This document shows positions 1 to 9,006 of a stretch of DNA of 32,000 nt, in pieces. Origin of the DNA: Candidatus Saccharimonadota bacterium (lineage in GTDB: Bacteria > Patescibacteriota > Gracilibacteria > UBA4473); NCBI GenBank assembly GCA_963677105.1, contig OY781871.1:840001-872000 (forward strand). The letters are read 5' to 3'. The notes under the pieces are model-generated. The model did not search any database. It was not told where the DNA came from and worked only from the letters and a program-made list of their open reading frames with translations. The translations under genes were made by a program, and so were the position numbers. Positions within the stretch are counted from its first letter, which is position 1. Each line of letters opens with the position of its first letter.

Positions 1-50
1 AGAGTTATTGTGGGCAACATGAGAGCTGTAATCAATAATAATTTTTTCAT
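1..50 (-). CDS. 5' end of a gene running off the left edge; N-terminus MKKLLLITALMLPTIT looks like a signal peptide
   Basis: Hand translation of the reverse complement of 1-50 gives ATG at 50-48, then a basic and a hydrophobic stretch. It lies 9 nt downstream of the stop of the 60..914 gene on the same strand. It is absent from the ORF track because it is open at the edge. Confidence 0.3.
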   Translation of the reverse strand, partial: MKKLLLITALMLPTIT

Positions 51-59
51 AATTAATAA

Positions 60-914
60 TTATTTTAAGGTTTCTTCTATCACGTCATCTTCATATCCAT
101 TTACAGGAATATTTGTAGGAAGTGGGCGTTTTGTATATTTTTTCATAGACATTGGCCGTTGAAGTTTTATTTTTTTAGTAGCAGGATTTTCTTTTTTAAA
201 ACGATTTAAAGATCGCACTGACCGATAAGTCGATAATTTTTTTATAGCTTCCTTTTGTGATGCGTCGGTAGTATTTAGTGAAACTTTTTTTTGTGAAATT
301 TGTTTCGGTGTTTCATATCGTCTTTTTGTATTTGCTCGAATTGTCTTTGAGGTTGAAATATTGATTTTTGATGTAGGAGAAATGAGTTTTGCTTTACGTG
401 ACTTTCTTATAGAGATTGTTCGTTTTGATTTTACTGGAACGAATCTTTTCGATTGGATTTGGATTTTCTTTTTGAATTCTTCTGGTTCTACTTTTTTTAC
501 ATTAGAATTCGTAGAAGACTTAATAAGAGTAGGTTTTATTGATAATTCTTTCTTTTTTTCAGTCTCCATTAAATACTGTTTCTTTTCCATTTCTTTTTTC
601 TCCTTCCAATCAATTTTTGTTTCTTCAGGAGTTTTATTTTCTGTTAAATATGGAATATTAATTTTCCGTGTTTTTCTTTCTTGATGTCTTATAGATGTTA
701 CAACTGGTTTTTTTATCACAGTTTTCTGTTCTTGCATTTCTTCTTGTTCTTCGCTTATAGGCATTATTGTCATTGGATCACATATTTCCTGTTCCATAGA
801 ATCATCACATATATGTTCTATCATTTCCTCAACAGAGATAGAGGCAGGTACATCATTTGTTGCAAACGCAAAAGTGGGGAAAATGATTACTGAAGCCAAA
901 AGTATTTTATTCAT
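60..914 (-). CDS. secreted, extremely Lys/Ser/Thr-rich low-complexity protein (unknown function)
   Basis: 284-aa ORF with an N-terminal signal-like segment MNKILLASVIIFPTFAFA. The rest is highly basic and low-complexity. It starts 2 nt after the upstream gene's stop (917). The antisense ORFs at 361..684 and 681..893 are Phe-rich artefacts. Confidence 0.6.
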   Translation of the reverse strand: MNKILLASVIIFPTFAFATNDVPASISVEEMIEHICDDSMEQEICDPMTIMPISEEQEEMQEQKTVIKKPVVTSIRHQERKTRKINIPYLTENKTPEETKIDWKEKKEMEKKQYLMETEKKKELSIKPTLIKSSTNSNVKKVEPEEFKKKIQIQSKRFVPVKSKRTISIRKSRKAKLISPTSKINISTSKTIRANTKRRYETPKQISQKKVSLNTTDASQKEAIKKLSTYRSVRSLNRFKKENPATKKIKLQRPMSMKKYTKRPLPTNIPVNGYEDDVIEETLK

Positions 915-916
915 GA

Positions 917-1987
917 TTAATTACGGTTACGGTTTAGTAGTCGATTTCGTAGTGCTTGGAGACGAGAAGCTCGTGTATTAGAACTTGATGAAGAAGTAGA
1001 TGTACTACTTTTTCGTTCTAATGAACGAAGTTCTTTTTGATATTGTTTAATTAAATTTTTTAATTCAGTTATTCGTGCCTTAATTTCACTACTTGTCTCA
1101 GGAGTAGCGGAAGTGGTTGTAGCACTTGTTGAATTCGAAGTGGTGGTGTCAGGAGTCGTTGTTCCACCAACATTGTAACGAATTCCTAAATTTCCACGCT
1201 TTAATACACGACGATTATAATTTGATTTTTGACGAGATGTAAATGCTGCTAGTGTTTTTGTGTTGATCGTTTCACTTTTTCCAAAGCGGGTAGTTCCTTT
1301 TTTGAAATATCCAGTAGCGTAATATTGTGTAGTTGGAGTTAATCCTTCAATGAAAGCAGTTGTAATATTTCTTGGTATAACAACTTCTGCAACAGGAGAA
1401 GAGAGATCATCATTTTCAGATAAAACAATTACAAATCCATCATAATCGTTCGAACTAATACTAGGTGTGGACCATTTAAAATGAATAGATGTATCAAATT
1501 TTTCAGCTCGTAATTTTCCAAAATTAAAAGCCATATCATCTGAAGAAGAATTATCAACAATAACAGGATCATTTGCTGCAATAAATTCAGAAGTGACATC
1601 TCCATTTGTTGCCCATTCCCATTTTAATATCTTAGATCCATTGTTTAGATATTTTTTTCGTCCATCAGTTTTCAACGAATATACACGGAAATAATATGTT
1701 TGGTTTCTATCAAATCCTGCTGATCGAAGTGTCAATGTGTTTTGATTTTTAGAGGCCTGATTTCGGTATAATTTGTCATTTCGAATGTCATTTTGTACGG
1801 TACTATATTGCAGAACATATCCGCCATTTTCATCAAACATTTCACTGTCAGTGAGTTTGTCCCATTCAATCAAAAGCTGATTACCAGCAGGTGTTACATC
1901 GAGATTTTCAATCTGTCCTGCAAAAACAATGGGAGAAACTAAGAAAGCAAACCCAAATACGAAAGCCATAGGAAAGAATCTTTTCAT
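917..1987 (-). CDS. secreted protein with two fibronectin type III-like repeats, Ser/Thr-rich linker and C-terminal coiled-coil/basic tail
   Basis: Signal peptide MKRFFPMAFVFGFAFLVSPIVFAG. There are two FN3-like blocks (LDVTPAGNQLLIEWDKL...YYFRVYS and IHFKWSTPS...GLTPTTQYYATGYF). The tail has a TTTPDTTTSNSTSATTTSA linker followed by heptad-like ELKNLIKQYQKELRSLE. Confidence 0.65.
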   Translation of the reverse strand: MKRFFPMAFVFGFAFLVSPIVFAGQIENLDVTPAGNQLLIEWDKLTDSEMFDENGGYVLQYSTVQNDIRNDKLYRNQASKNQNTLTLRSAGFDRNQTYYFRVYSLKTDGRKKYLNNGSKILKWEWATNGDVTSEFIAANDPVIVDNSSSDDMAFNFGKLRAEKFDTSIHFKWSTPSISSNDYDGFVIVLSENDDLSSPVAEVVIPRNITTAFIEGLTPTTQYYATGYFKKGTTRFGKSETINTKTLAAFTSRQKSNYNRRVLKRGNLGIRYNVGGTTTPDTTTSNSTSATTTSATPETSSEIKARITELKNLIKQYQKELRSLERKSSTSTSSSSSNTRASRLQALRNRLLNRNRN

Positions 1988-2019
1988 TTTTATATATATT
2001 TTATAAATTCAAAATGAGT

Positions 2020-2688
2020 CTACTTGTCGTCTACGAGAGTGTCAATTTTTGCTGGTGTGAAAAAAAGATCGTGTGTTAATGTTCGAAATTTTGTCACAGG
2101 CCAAATAACAAATTCTGCACGTCCACGAATTTTATTTTCAGAAACAAATGGAGTATTGGAATCAGTACAATCAAATTCAAAGCAGCGACGAGCATCAAGC
2201 GATTCAAGTCGATTGTCTCCGAATAATAAATATTTACCTTCTGGAACAATAAATTTTTCTAATGCCGCAAAAGTGCGACCTTGGTTTTTTTCAGACAAAT
2301 AAGACTCAGGAAGTTCCGTTCGTTCGTATTCATCGCCAGTTAAGTATACTTTTCCATCTACCACTTCCACGACATCGCCAGGAATACCAATAACTCGTTT
2401 TATATAATTTTTCTTCGTTGTTGGTGGACGAAATACAACGATTTCTCCACGATGAGGAGTTCGTTTAAACGAATACAAAAATTCATTTACAAAAATAAAT
2501 TCACCTTTTCCATGATAACAATTCATATCAAATTGATTCAGTGTTGGACACATTGATGGTCCGCTAACACGAAAAAACTGGAATATATAAAAACGAATAA
2601 ATAGGACAAGTCCTAATAAAAGGATTAATTCTAAGAAAAAACTTTTCCAAGATTGATCGTCGGTTTTGATCCAAGAAGATAAATTCAT
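2020..2688 (-). CDS. lepB: signal peptidase I
   Basis: N-terminal TM helix. Catalytic Ser box SGPSMCPTL, Lys box YIKRVIGIPGD, and GDNRLESLDAR box are typical of the S26 family. Confidence 0.9.
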   Translation of the reverse strand: MNLSSWIKTDDQSWKSFFLELILLLGLVLFIRFYIFQFFRVSGPSMCPTLNQFDMNCYHGKGEFIFVNEFLYSFKRTPHRGEIVVFRPPTTKKNYIKRVIGIPGDVVEVVDGKVYLTGDEYERTELPESYLSEKNQGRTFAALEKFIVPEGKYLLFGDNRLESLDARRCFEFDCTDSNTPFVSENKIRGRAEFVIWPVTKFRTLTHDLFFTPAKIDTLVDDK

Positions 2689-2735
2689 TGTCCGGAGTGT
2701 AGTTCAAAATTTTTTTATGGTACAATTTTTTTGTC

Positions 2736-3458
2736 ATGAATTTTCAACGAATTGGATTCGGGAGTCAATTAGAGGAAGGTGAGAAAGTTGAGCGTTCTTT
2801 TCGACGACCATTTACGCCTTCTTGTTCCAAAATAATTTTGTGGAGTTTTCTTTTTGGAGCAATTGGATGGATGATTTGGACATTTATTCCTCGAATATTG
2901 CCACTTGGAAATGAATCACGATGGCTCATCGCACTCGTTGTGATTATGGGAATGATCAGAATGTTGCGTGTGTTTTGGGAATGGTATGGAAACGCTATTT
3001 TGATGACGAATGAGAGTTTAGTTTTTGCTGAATGGAAAGGTTTTTTTAACCGAAAAACAATACGTTTGGATTATTGGGATTTAGATGAAGTGGGATTTGA
3101 ACGTCAAGGAGCGGCTTCATTTTTTGCTGGAGTAGGAGATTTGATATTTGAAAAAATAAACGGTGGAACGTCTTATATTTACAAAGGAGTAAAAAATCCA
3201 AAGCGAGCAATCAAGATTTTGCGCCATCATCGAGGAAGAATGTTAGATGAGAAAAACTTCACGGAAGAATCTGCGCTTCAAAAACTTTTGTCTCAGATGG
3301 TACAGACACACGTACGAAAAGAAGGACAACCAATTCGTGATACAGAAGAATTTTTGAGAGAAAAGGATGAGGACTTAGATATTTCAGAAGATTCAGAAGT
3401 TGAAGTAGATTTTGAGTTAGATGATGATGGAGGAATAGAGATTCAATTGAAAGACTAG
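2736..3458 (+). CDS. membrane protein with bacterial PH-like (YdbS/YdbT-type) domain and acidic C-terminal tail
   Basis: Two hydrophobic helices (ILWSFLFGAIGWMIWTF, WLIALVVIMGMIRML) are followed by NAILMTNESLVFAEWKGFFNRKTIRLDYWDLDEV, which resembles the bPH_2 pattern. The tail is Asp/Glu-rich. The domain call is pattern recognition only. Confidence 0.5.
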   Translation: MNFQRIGFGSQLEEGEKVERSFRRPFTPSCSKIILWSFLFGAIGWMIWTFIPRILPLGNESRWLIALVVIMGMIRMLRVFWEWYGNAILMTNESLVFAEWKGFFNRKTIRLDYWDLDEVGFERQGAASFFAGVGDLIFEKINGGTSYIYKGVKNPKRAIKILRHHRGRMLDEKNFTEESALQKLLSQMVQTHVRKEGQPIRDTEEFLREKDEDLDISEDSEVEVDFELDDDGGIEIQLKD

Positions 3459-3459
3459 A

Positions 3460-3503
3460 GGCGCTGGCGCTTAAAATTTCAAACTACAAATATCAAAGTA
3501 CAG
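3460..3503 (+). repeat. head + (T/A)ACAAA-tail intergenic repeat copy (GGCGCTGGCGCTT AAAATTTCAAACTACAAATATCAAAGTACAG)
   Basis: Starts 2 nt after the TAG stop at 3456-3458. Shares the head/tail architecture of the copies at 8947, 15556, 19940 and elsewhere. Confidence 0.7.
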
Positions 3504-3574
3504 AATGTATAACATAACAACTTGACAAGTTGACAAAAGTAGTGTTAATGTTTATGCGAATTATTTTTAATAAA

Positions 3575-3967
3575 ATGGCTGAAACAACAAAACAGGCAGA
3601 CGGTTCACCAGATAAAATCTCTATAATGGAGAGGGTAATAAATTTGTTAGATAAAATACCTGGAGAGAAAGTGGTAGATAAACCTGAAGAAGAAGTCTTT
3701 ATTAGCGAATCATTAGGTGGTGAAAGAGGAAATGCTCCATATGTTCTTATTTCTGATCAGATGGGCACAGCAAAAGGAAGAATTGAATGGAATTCTATAA
3801 AAGGTGGAGGTAGATGGGAAATAGTAGAAAATGCGACAGGTTATGATGATGCAGCTTTTTACAAAGCAGGATTAGCAAAGGTAAAAGCGCAATTTCCCGA
3901 GTCAAAAATGCAACAGGATTATCCTGCTCCAAAACCGATGGAAAAAGTAGAGTCAGTTATTCAGTAG
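3575..3967 (+). CDS. hypothetical small soluble protein
   Basis: The ORF track starts at TTG 3530. The in-frame ATG at 3575 (MAETTKQ...) is more plausible because tandem TTGACA boxes lie at 3522-3535. A terminator follows the gene. No family recognised. Confidence 0.5.
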   Translation: MAETTKQADGSPDKISIMERVINLLDKIPGEKVVDKPEEEVFISESLGGERGNAPYVLISDQMGTAKGRIEWNSIKGGGRWEIVENATGYDDAAFYKAGLAKVKAQFPESKMQQDYPAPKPMEKVESVIQ

Positions 3968-3987
3968 AAAAGTAGAGTATTAAATGA

Positions 3988-4013
3988 AGACAGAGATTAC
4001 TCTGTCTTTTTTT
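3988..4013 (+). terminator. rho-independent terminator
   Basis: AGACAGAG-ATTA-CTCTGTCT forms a perfect 8-bp stem followed by a T6 run, 21 nt after the stop. Confidence 0.75.
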
Positions 4014-4056
4014 ATATCAAAAATTTACGAAATAATATTCCCGCGCTAGACTGTCG

Positions 4057-4812
4057 ATGATGGAAATATTACATGCCGTGATACTTGGTTTCGTACAAGG
4101 AGTAACAGAATTTCTTCCGGTGAGTTCGAGCGGACACCTTTGGTTGTTGCTCGAATATTGGGATATTCGCTCTCTTTCTCTTGAAGTAGTGCTTCACGCC
4201 GGTTCACTTTTGGCAGTGATTGGATTCTTTTGGAAAGATATTATTCGAATTGTTCGCGAAATGTTTCGTCGAGGAGGGGATTCTCTTGGATGGAAATTAT
4301 TAGTTGCGACTTTGTTGACAGCTCCAACAGGAATTTTAATGCATAATTTTTTCACAGGAGAAATGACGACTCGATTGGTGGGAATAACACTTTTAATCAC
4401 AGCAGGATTGATAGTTGCTGCAGAGGTATTTCGTCCACAGAAAGTTCGAGAGTTTACTTGGAAAATAGCAATACTTCTTGGACTCGTTCAAGGATTAGCC
4501 GTTTTGCCCGGAATTTCTCGTTCAGGATTGACGATTGCCTTTTTGATACTAATTGGTTTACCGAGAAAACAAGCTGCTGAAAATTCTTTTTTGCTGGCGA
4601 TTCCTACGATTTTGGGAGCTCTTTTCTTTTCCATATTAGATAATAATGCTTCAGAAACGCTTATCTTTTTACAAGTAACGACATGGATCGGATTCGCAGT
4701 AAGTGCGGTTGCAGCAGTTGGAGCCATTGCGTGGATGTTGAAATTGATTGAAGGAAAATGGATTTGGTTTGCTCCGTATTGTGCATTGCTTGGTGCGTGG
4801 TTGATTTTTTGA
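4057..4812 (+). CDS. uppP: undecaprenyl-diphosphate phosphatase
   Basis: Hallmark N-terminal motif ILGFVQGVTEFLPVSSSGHL, a second PGISRSG motif, and a polytopic membrane profile. Confidence 0.92.
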   Translation: MMEILHAVILGFVQGVTEFLPVSSSGHLWLLLEYWDIRSLSLEVVLHAGSLLAVIGFFWKDIIRIVREMFRRGGDSLGWKLLVATLLTAPTGILMHNFFTGEMTTRLVGITLLITAGLIVAAEVFRPQKVREFTWKIAILLGLVQGLAVLPGISRSGLTIAFLILIGLPRKQAAENSFLLAIPTILGALFFSILDNNASETLIFLQVTTWIGFAVSAVAAVGAIAWMLKLIEGKWIWFAPYCALLGAWLIF

Positions 4813-4828
4813 GTAAAATATTTATACA

Positions 4829-5440
4829 ATGAAAATAGTGATTGCTACCGGATCTCCAACACGACAAAAAATATTTTCTAATTTAGGAATTTCATTTCTC
4901 ACTCATCCAACAGATATTGATGAAGTATTATTTCCAGCAGAAAATATTGAAAACGCAGTAATTCGTCTTGCACAACGAAAAGCGAAAACTGCATTCAGTG
5001 AATTATCCACAGAAGAAGATGTTTTAGTATTAGCTTTTGATTCGCTCGTAGCATTAGATGATTTAGTTTTTGGAAAACCAAAAAACAAAGAAGAAGCGTT
5101 CGATTGGTTCCAACTATTCAGAGGAAAACGCGTAAAAGCTTTTTCAGGAGTAGGAATCGTGGGAATGAGAAATGGTGAAAAATTTGAAACTTCTTTCCTC
5201 GAAAAATCATGGATTCATTTTCGAAAAAATTCTACGGATGAGCAAATTCGACAGTTTCTTGCGATTGGTGATTGGGAAGGAAAAGCGGGAGGAATTACAG
5301 TTGAAGGTGCTGGAGCGTGGTTGGTGGAAAAAATAGAAGGAGATTTCCCAAATGTGTTGGGAGTTCCTGTGCAGCGAATTGGTGAGAAATTACGAGAACT
5401 GAAGATTGATCCGTTGGAGGTTTTTTATGAAAGGAAATAA
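4829..5440 (+). CDS. maf: Maf-like nucleoside triphosphate pyrophosphatase
   Basis: ATGSPTRQKIFSNLGI, GKAGGITVEG and PNVLGVP motifs. Length is about 200 aa. Confidence 0.85.
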   Translation: MKIVIATGSPTRQKIFSNLGISFLTHPTDIDEVLFPAENIENAVIRLAQRKAKTAFSELSTEEDVLVLAFDSLVALDDLVFGKPKNKEEAFDWFQLFRGKRVKAFSGVGIVGMRNGEKFETSFLEKSWIHFRKNSTDEQIRQFLAIGDWEGKAGGITVEGAGAWLVEKIEGDFPNVLGVPVQRIGEKLRELKIDPLEVFYERK

Positions 5441-5777
5441 TTTGACGACCATTTCTCTCTCCGGTACAACTGCACGGATGACTTTTGAACCTGCTGGAAA
5501 TTTTTTATTTGCTGCTGCGAAAAAATATAATCTCGAATCACAAGCATTAGCTGGAATTATTTGTGAACGTGTGCGCACTTTTTTTATTCAAGAATTTTCA
5601 GAGTTTTCTCATGGATGGGAGCCAATAAAATTTGATTCAGGAGAATTAACAATTCAAGTTTCAGATGCTGCAGCAGGATCGGCACTTTTTTTACGAACAC
5701 ACGAAATCATGGAACAACTTGAAAAACAAGAATTGCCAGCAAAAATTGATCAGATACTTATTGCGCGTAGTTCTTGA
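5427..5777 (+). CDS. DUF721/DciA-like small protein (tentative)
   Basis: ATG at 5427 is preceded by GGAGG 7-8 nt upstream. The C-terminal pattern GELTIQVSDAAAGSALFLRTHEIMEQL resembles the DUF721 core (L.v.v.s...a.eL.....i...l). It overlaps the end of maf by 14 nt. Confidence 0.45.
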   Translation: MKGNNLTTISLSGTTARMTFEPAGNFLFAAAKKYNLESQALAGIICERVRTFFIQEFSEFSHGWEPIKFDSGELTIQVSDAAAGSALFLRTHEIMEQLEKQELPAKIDQILIARSS

Positions 5778-5824
5778 CTTTTGCACAGAACTTCTGGAAA
5801 ATTCAATGGATATATTTCAAACAC

Positions 5825-6895
5825 ATGCAAAAATTATTTACAATTTCGATGATTCTTTTAGGAATCAGTGGCGCAGGAGTTTTCCACATTGTTTCAGCAC
5901 AAGACGTAAAAACAATAGAGTTTTTTTCTGATCTCAATGAAGACTCTTTGGTAGGACAAGCTGCTGCAAATTTACGAGAAGCTAATATTATTTCAGGATA
6001 CGATGATGGAACATTTCGTCCAGATCAATCCGTGAATCGAGCAGAGTTAGCAAAGTTTTTACTATTAGCAAAAGGTCGTGATGTAAAAATTAAACATAAT
6101 AATGGTCGTTTCCCAGATGTAAAAGAAGGAGAATGGTATGTGAAATATGTGATTGATGCTGCGGAATTAGGAATTATTAATGGATATCCAAGTGGAAATT
6201 TTAAGCCCGCACAAACGGTAAATACAGCTGAGTTTTTGAAGATGTTGGTGAAAACATTTGATCTCCCAGAAAATTTAATGCAAGACTTTGCAGATGTTGA
6301 TTCAAATGTTTGGTATGCTGCATATGCAGGAAATGTTCCGGAGTGGGATTTGTTTCCAGATCGTGATCCGGCGTTTCTTGAGCCAGCACGAGAAATGACA
6401 CGAGGAGAAGTGGTTGTTGCATTATATCGAATTATGCGCCCGAAATTAGAAGAGATGGATGGTTTTTCGTCAGGTTCTTCAAGTTCCTCAATAACAGGAA
6501 AAACGCTCTCAGTTCGAGCAACAAATGAAAATCCTCAATTGACGATGACATATGCGGGGAAAGCAGAAGAGCTTATTTTACCATTATTAATTTCTGGGAA
6601 AGGAACAATAAAATCATTACAGTTGAAATTAAGTTCTGCTTCATTTCTTGATAAAGCATGGATCGAAGGAGGAGAGAAACAAGCGGCAAATCGTATACGT
6701 ATGACAATTCCAGTAAATCAAGAATTAACAGAAGGGGAAGACACATTGATAGAAATATTTGCGTCCATTCAATCAAGTGGTTTGACTCGAGGAGACAATG
6801 TAAAGGTGTTTTTAGAAAAAGTGGAAGTAGAAGTAAATGGAGAAACACACTTACAGGATTATCCAGTAGATGGATTCGAGTTAATGATTTTTTAG
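5825..6895 (+). CDS. secreted S-layer-homology (SLH) domain protein, three SLH repeats plus C-terminal beta-rich domain
   Basis: Signal peptide MQKLFTISMILLGISGAGVFHIVSAQ begins at ATG 5825 (the track's TTG 5774 is less likely). There are three SLH repeats: FSDL..ISGYDDGTFRPDQSVNRAELAKFLL, FPDV..INGYPSGNFKPAQTVNTAEFLKMLV and FADV..AREMTRGEVVVALYRIM. Confidence 0.8.
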   Translation: MQKLFTISMILLGISGAGVFHIVSAQDVKTIEFFSDLNEDSLVGQAAANLREANIISGYDDGTFRPDQSVNRAELAKFLLLAKGRDVKIKHNNGRFPDVKEGEWYVKYVIDAAELGIINGYPSGNFKPAQTVNTAEFLKMLVKTFDLPENLMQDFADVDSNVWYAAYAGNVPEWDLFPDRDPAFLEPAREMTRGEVVVALYRIMRPKLEEMDGFSSGSSSSSITGKTLSVRATNENPQLTMTYAGKAEELILPLLISGKGTIKSLQLKLSSASFLDKAWIEGGEKQAANRIRMTIPVNQELTEGEDTLIEIFASIQSSGLTRGDNVKVFLEKVEVEVNGETHLQDYPVDGFELMIF

Positions 6896-6956
6896 AAAAT
6901 AAAATTTAAATCTAAAAGAAGGCGAAGTCTTTGGATTTCGCTTTTTTGTATGTGAA

Positions 6957-7610
6957 TTATTTATATTTTGTTACGCCAATTTTGGGGCAGTTTTCTCGAA
7001 GTGGGCAATTATTACAGTGTGGAGTTGGAGCTTTGCAGTAATCACGTCCAAATTGAACCATGCAATGTCCCATCCATGCCCATTTTTCTTTTGGAAATAT
7101 ATTCATGAGTTCTTGTTCAACACGAATTGGATTTCGATTGCTCACAAATCCGAGACGATTTGAAATTTTTAACACATGTGTATCAACCACAAATCCTTCA
7201 TTTTTTCCAAATACTGTTTGAAGTACGACATTTGCCGTTTTCCTTCCAACACCAGGAAGCTGAATCAGTTCTTTCATTGAGCTTGGAAGATTGCCATTGT
7301 GTTCTAAAAGGATTTTTTCTGCTGCGCCACGAAGGCTTTTGGATTTTGTGCGAAAAAAACCAAGCGGTCTAATTGTGTTTTCAAGATCTTCAATAGGTCG
7401 CGCGACAAAAGATTCAAGATCAGGAAAGAGTCTGAAAAGTTGTGGTGTCGTTTTATTTACACGCTTATCGGTGCATTGTGCAGATAAAATTACTGCGAAA
7501 AGTAATGTCCATGGACGTGTTTTGTCCCAATGTAAATGACACTGTTCATTCGGATACAATGTCTCAAAAGTAGAAATGAGTTCGTGAGTGGAAAGTTGTT
7601 TTTTTGCCAT
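6957..7610 (-). CDS. nth: endonuclease III (DNA glycosylase/AP lyase)
   Basis: HhH-GPD motifs (LLFAVILSAQCTDKRVN, LPGVGRKTANVVL) and a C-terminal 4Fe-4S cluster loop C-x6-C-x2-C-x5-C (CKAPTPHCNNCPLRENC). Confidence 0.92.
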   Translation of the reverse strand: MAKKQLSTHELISTFETLYPNEQCHLHWDKTRPWTLLFAVILSAQCTDKRVNKTTPQLFRLFPDLESFVARPIEDLENTIRPLGFFRTKSKSLRGAAEKILLEHNGNLPSSMKELIQLPGVGRKTANVVLQTVFGKNEGFVVDTHVLKISNRLGFVSNRNPIRVEQELMNIFPKEKWAWMGHCMVQFGRDYCKAPTPHCNNCPLRENCPKIGVTKYK

Positions 7611-7640
7611 CTCTTAAAGTCTGCCTTAAAATTAAAAAAA

Positions 7641-8954
7641 ATGAAGTTAAAATATTTTATATTGATCACAATTTTTGTTCCAACTTTTGTTTTTGCTAGT
7701 TTTGGAGACCGATTTAACTCACTGTTGGAAAATTTTTTTTCTGGAGAAGAGCCAGTTTCTGCAGAAGAAGTTTTATCTGTGCCAGAACCTACACCCCCAA
7801 TAATTTCTGGAGAAGGACCAGTTGATGTAAAAAAAGCAATTCTTCAAGAAGAAGATTCATTACAATCAATTGAGGAAGAATTACGTGAAAATACGAACGT
7901 TTTATTTAAAATCAAAGACGAGCATGATTTAGTACAATATCAATTAGAACAATTAGATAGTGATTTGGCGATTGTTCGAGCGATGCAGGAACAGCGAAAT
8001 AAAGCAGTAAAAAAATGGCAAAATGAATTAGATATTATTACACAGAAAAAATCAGAAATAGATGCGTCTGTACGCCATGAGAACAGAGCTCAAAATGAAT
8101 TATTGAGTAAAAAATTTATACAATCATCTTTAATAAAAAATAATGAGGGATTAAATATTTTACAATGGATTTTTTCAGATAAATCTATTTCTCAGCTCAT
8201 TGAAAAACAGCGACGAGATCAGCATATTGAGTCTTCATTACAGAGTCGAGTCAAACAGTTAAAAAGAGATCAAAAACAGATTGCTGAAGAAGAACAACGC
8301 ATTGCAGCAATTCTCCTTCGTGTACAAGAATTAGAGCGGCAATCTGCAAGACAGCAAATGTTATTAGCGGATTTATTATCCGCGAGAGCAAATGTATTAG
8401 CACGACTAGAGTTTTCACAAGGAGAAACAGAAAACGCAATTGAATCTGCGCGACAACAACAAGTTCAGGCAACACTTGTTTTGCAGGACTTAAGAGAAAA
8501 ATTAAATAATGATGTTTCTGTTAAAACACCAATACAATTAACACAAAAATTAGCTTTTCCTTTAAAAATAGAACCAAAGATTACGGCTCATTTTTTGGAT
8601 CCAGAATATAAAAAAATGTTAGGACGAGATCATTTTGGAACAGATTTTTGGGCACCACAAGGAACGGATATATTTGCTCCAATGGATGGTGTGATCAAAA
8701 AAATTGCTCAAAATGGATATGCATATTCATATCTAATTATCGACCATGGAAATGATTTATTTACTCTTTATGGACATATTTCAGATGCAGTTGTAAAGGA
8801 AGGAGAAGCGGTTGTTCGAGGACAAAAAATTGCAGAAACAGGTGGAACACCAGGATTGCCTGGATCTGGATTTTTTACAACTGGAGCACATTTACATTTT
8901 GAAGTGTTTGCGGGAGGACGACATGTTGATGCAGAAAAATGGTTGAGTCGCTAG
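7641..8954 (+). CDS. secreted M23 family metallopeptidase with long N-terminal coiled coil (EnvC-like architecture)
   Basis: ATG 7641 gives the signal peptide MKLKYFILITIFVPTFVFA and avoids overlap with nth. The coiled-coil-rich middle is followed by intact M23 motifs HFGTD (HxxxD) and GAHLHFEV (HxH). Confidence 0.88.
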   Translation: MKLKYFILITIFVPTFVFASFGDRFNSLLENFFSGEEPVSAEEVLSVPEPTPPIISGEGPVDVKKAILQEEDSLQSIEEELRENTNVLFKIKDEHDLVQYQLEQLDSDLAIVRAMQEQRNKAVKKWQNELDIITQKKSEIDASVRHENRAQNELLSKKFIQSSLIKNNEGLNILQWIFSDKSISQLIEKQRRDQHIESSLQSRVKQLKRDQKQIAEEEQRIAAILLRVQELERQSARQQMLLADLLSARANVLARLEFSQGETENAIESARQQQVQATLVLQDLREKLNNDVSVKTPIQLTQKLAFPLKIEPKITAHFLDPEYKKMLGRDHFGTDFWAPQGTDIFAPMDGVIKKIAQNGYAYSYLIIDHGNDLFTLYGHISDAVVKEGEAVVRGQKIAETGGTPGLPGSGFFTTGAHLHFEVFAGGRHVDAEKWLSR

Positions 8955-8990
8955 CGCTCCAAAATTCAAATTACAAACTACAAATTATAA
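8947..8990 (+). repeat. head + tail intergenic repeat copy (GTCGCTAGCGCTCC AAAATTCAAATTACAAACTACAAATTATAA)
   Basis: The palindromic head CGCTAGCG contains the TAG stop codon (8952-8954) of the M23 peptidase gene. The tail consists of ACAAA-type repeats. Confidence 0.75.
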
Positions 8991-9006
8991 ATTTTAAAAA
9001 TTGTTT

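Noticed and set aside
3522-3558. Tandem TTGACA boxes (3522-3527 and 3530-3535) as a promoter for the 3575 ORF
   Set aside because: It was not listed as a feature because no convincing -10 hexamer lies at 16-18 nt from either box (TTAATG and TATGCG). It may still be a promoter, but the sequence alone does not support the call.
4488-4867. - strand ORFs 4488..4829 and 4661..4867
   Set aside because: They lie antisense to uppP and to the maf start and show no recognisable features.
7536-7640. N-terminal extension of the M23 peptidase ORF overlapping nth
   Set aside because: ATG 7641 yields a canonical signal peptide and removes a 75-nt head-on overlap with the nth start.
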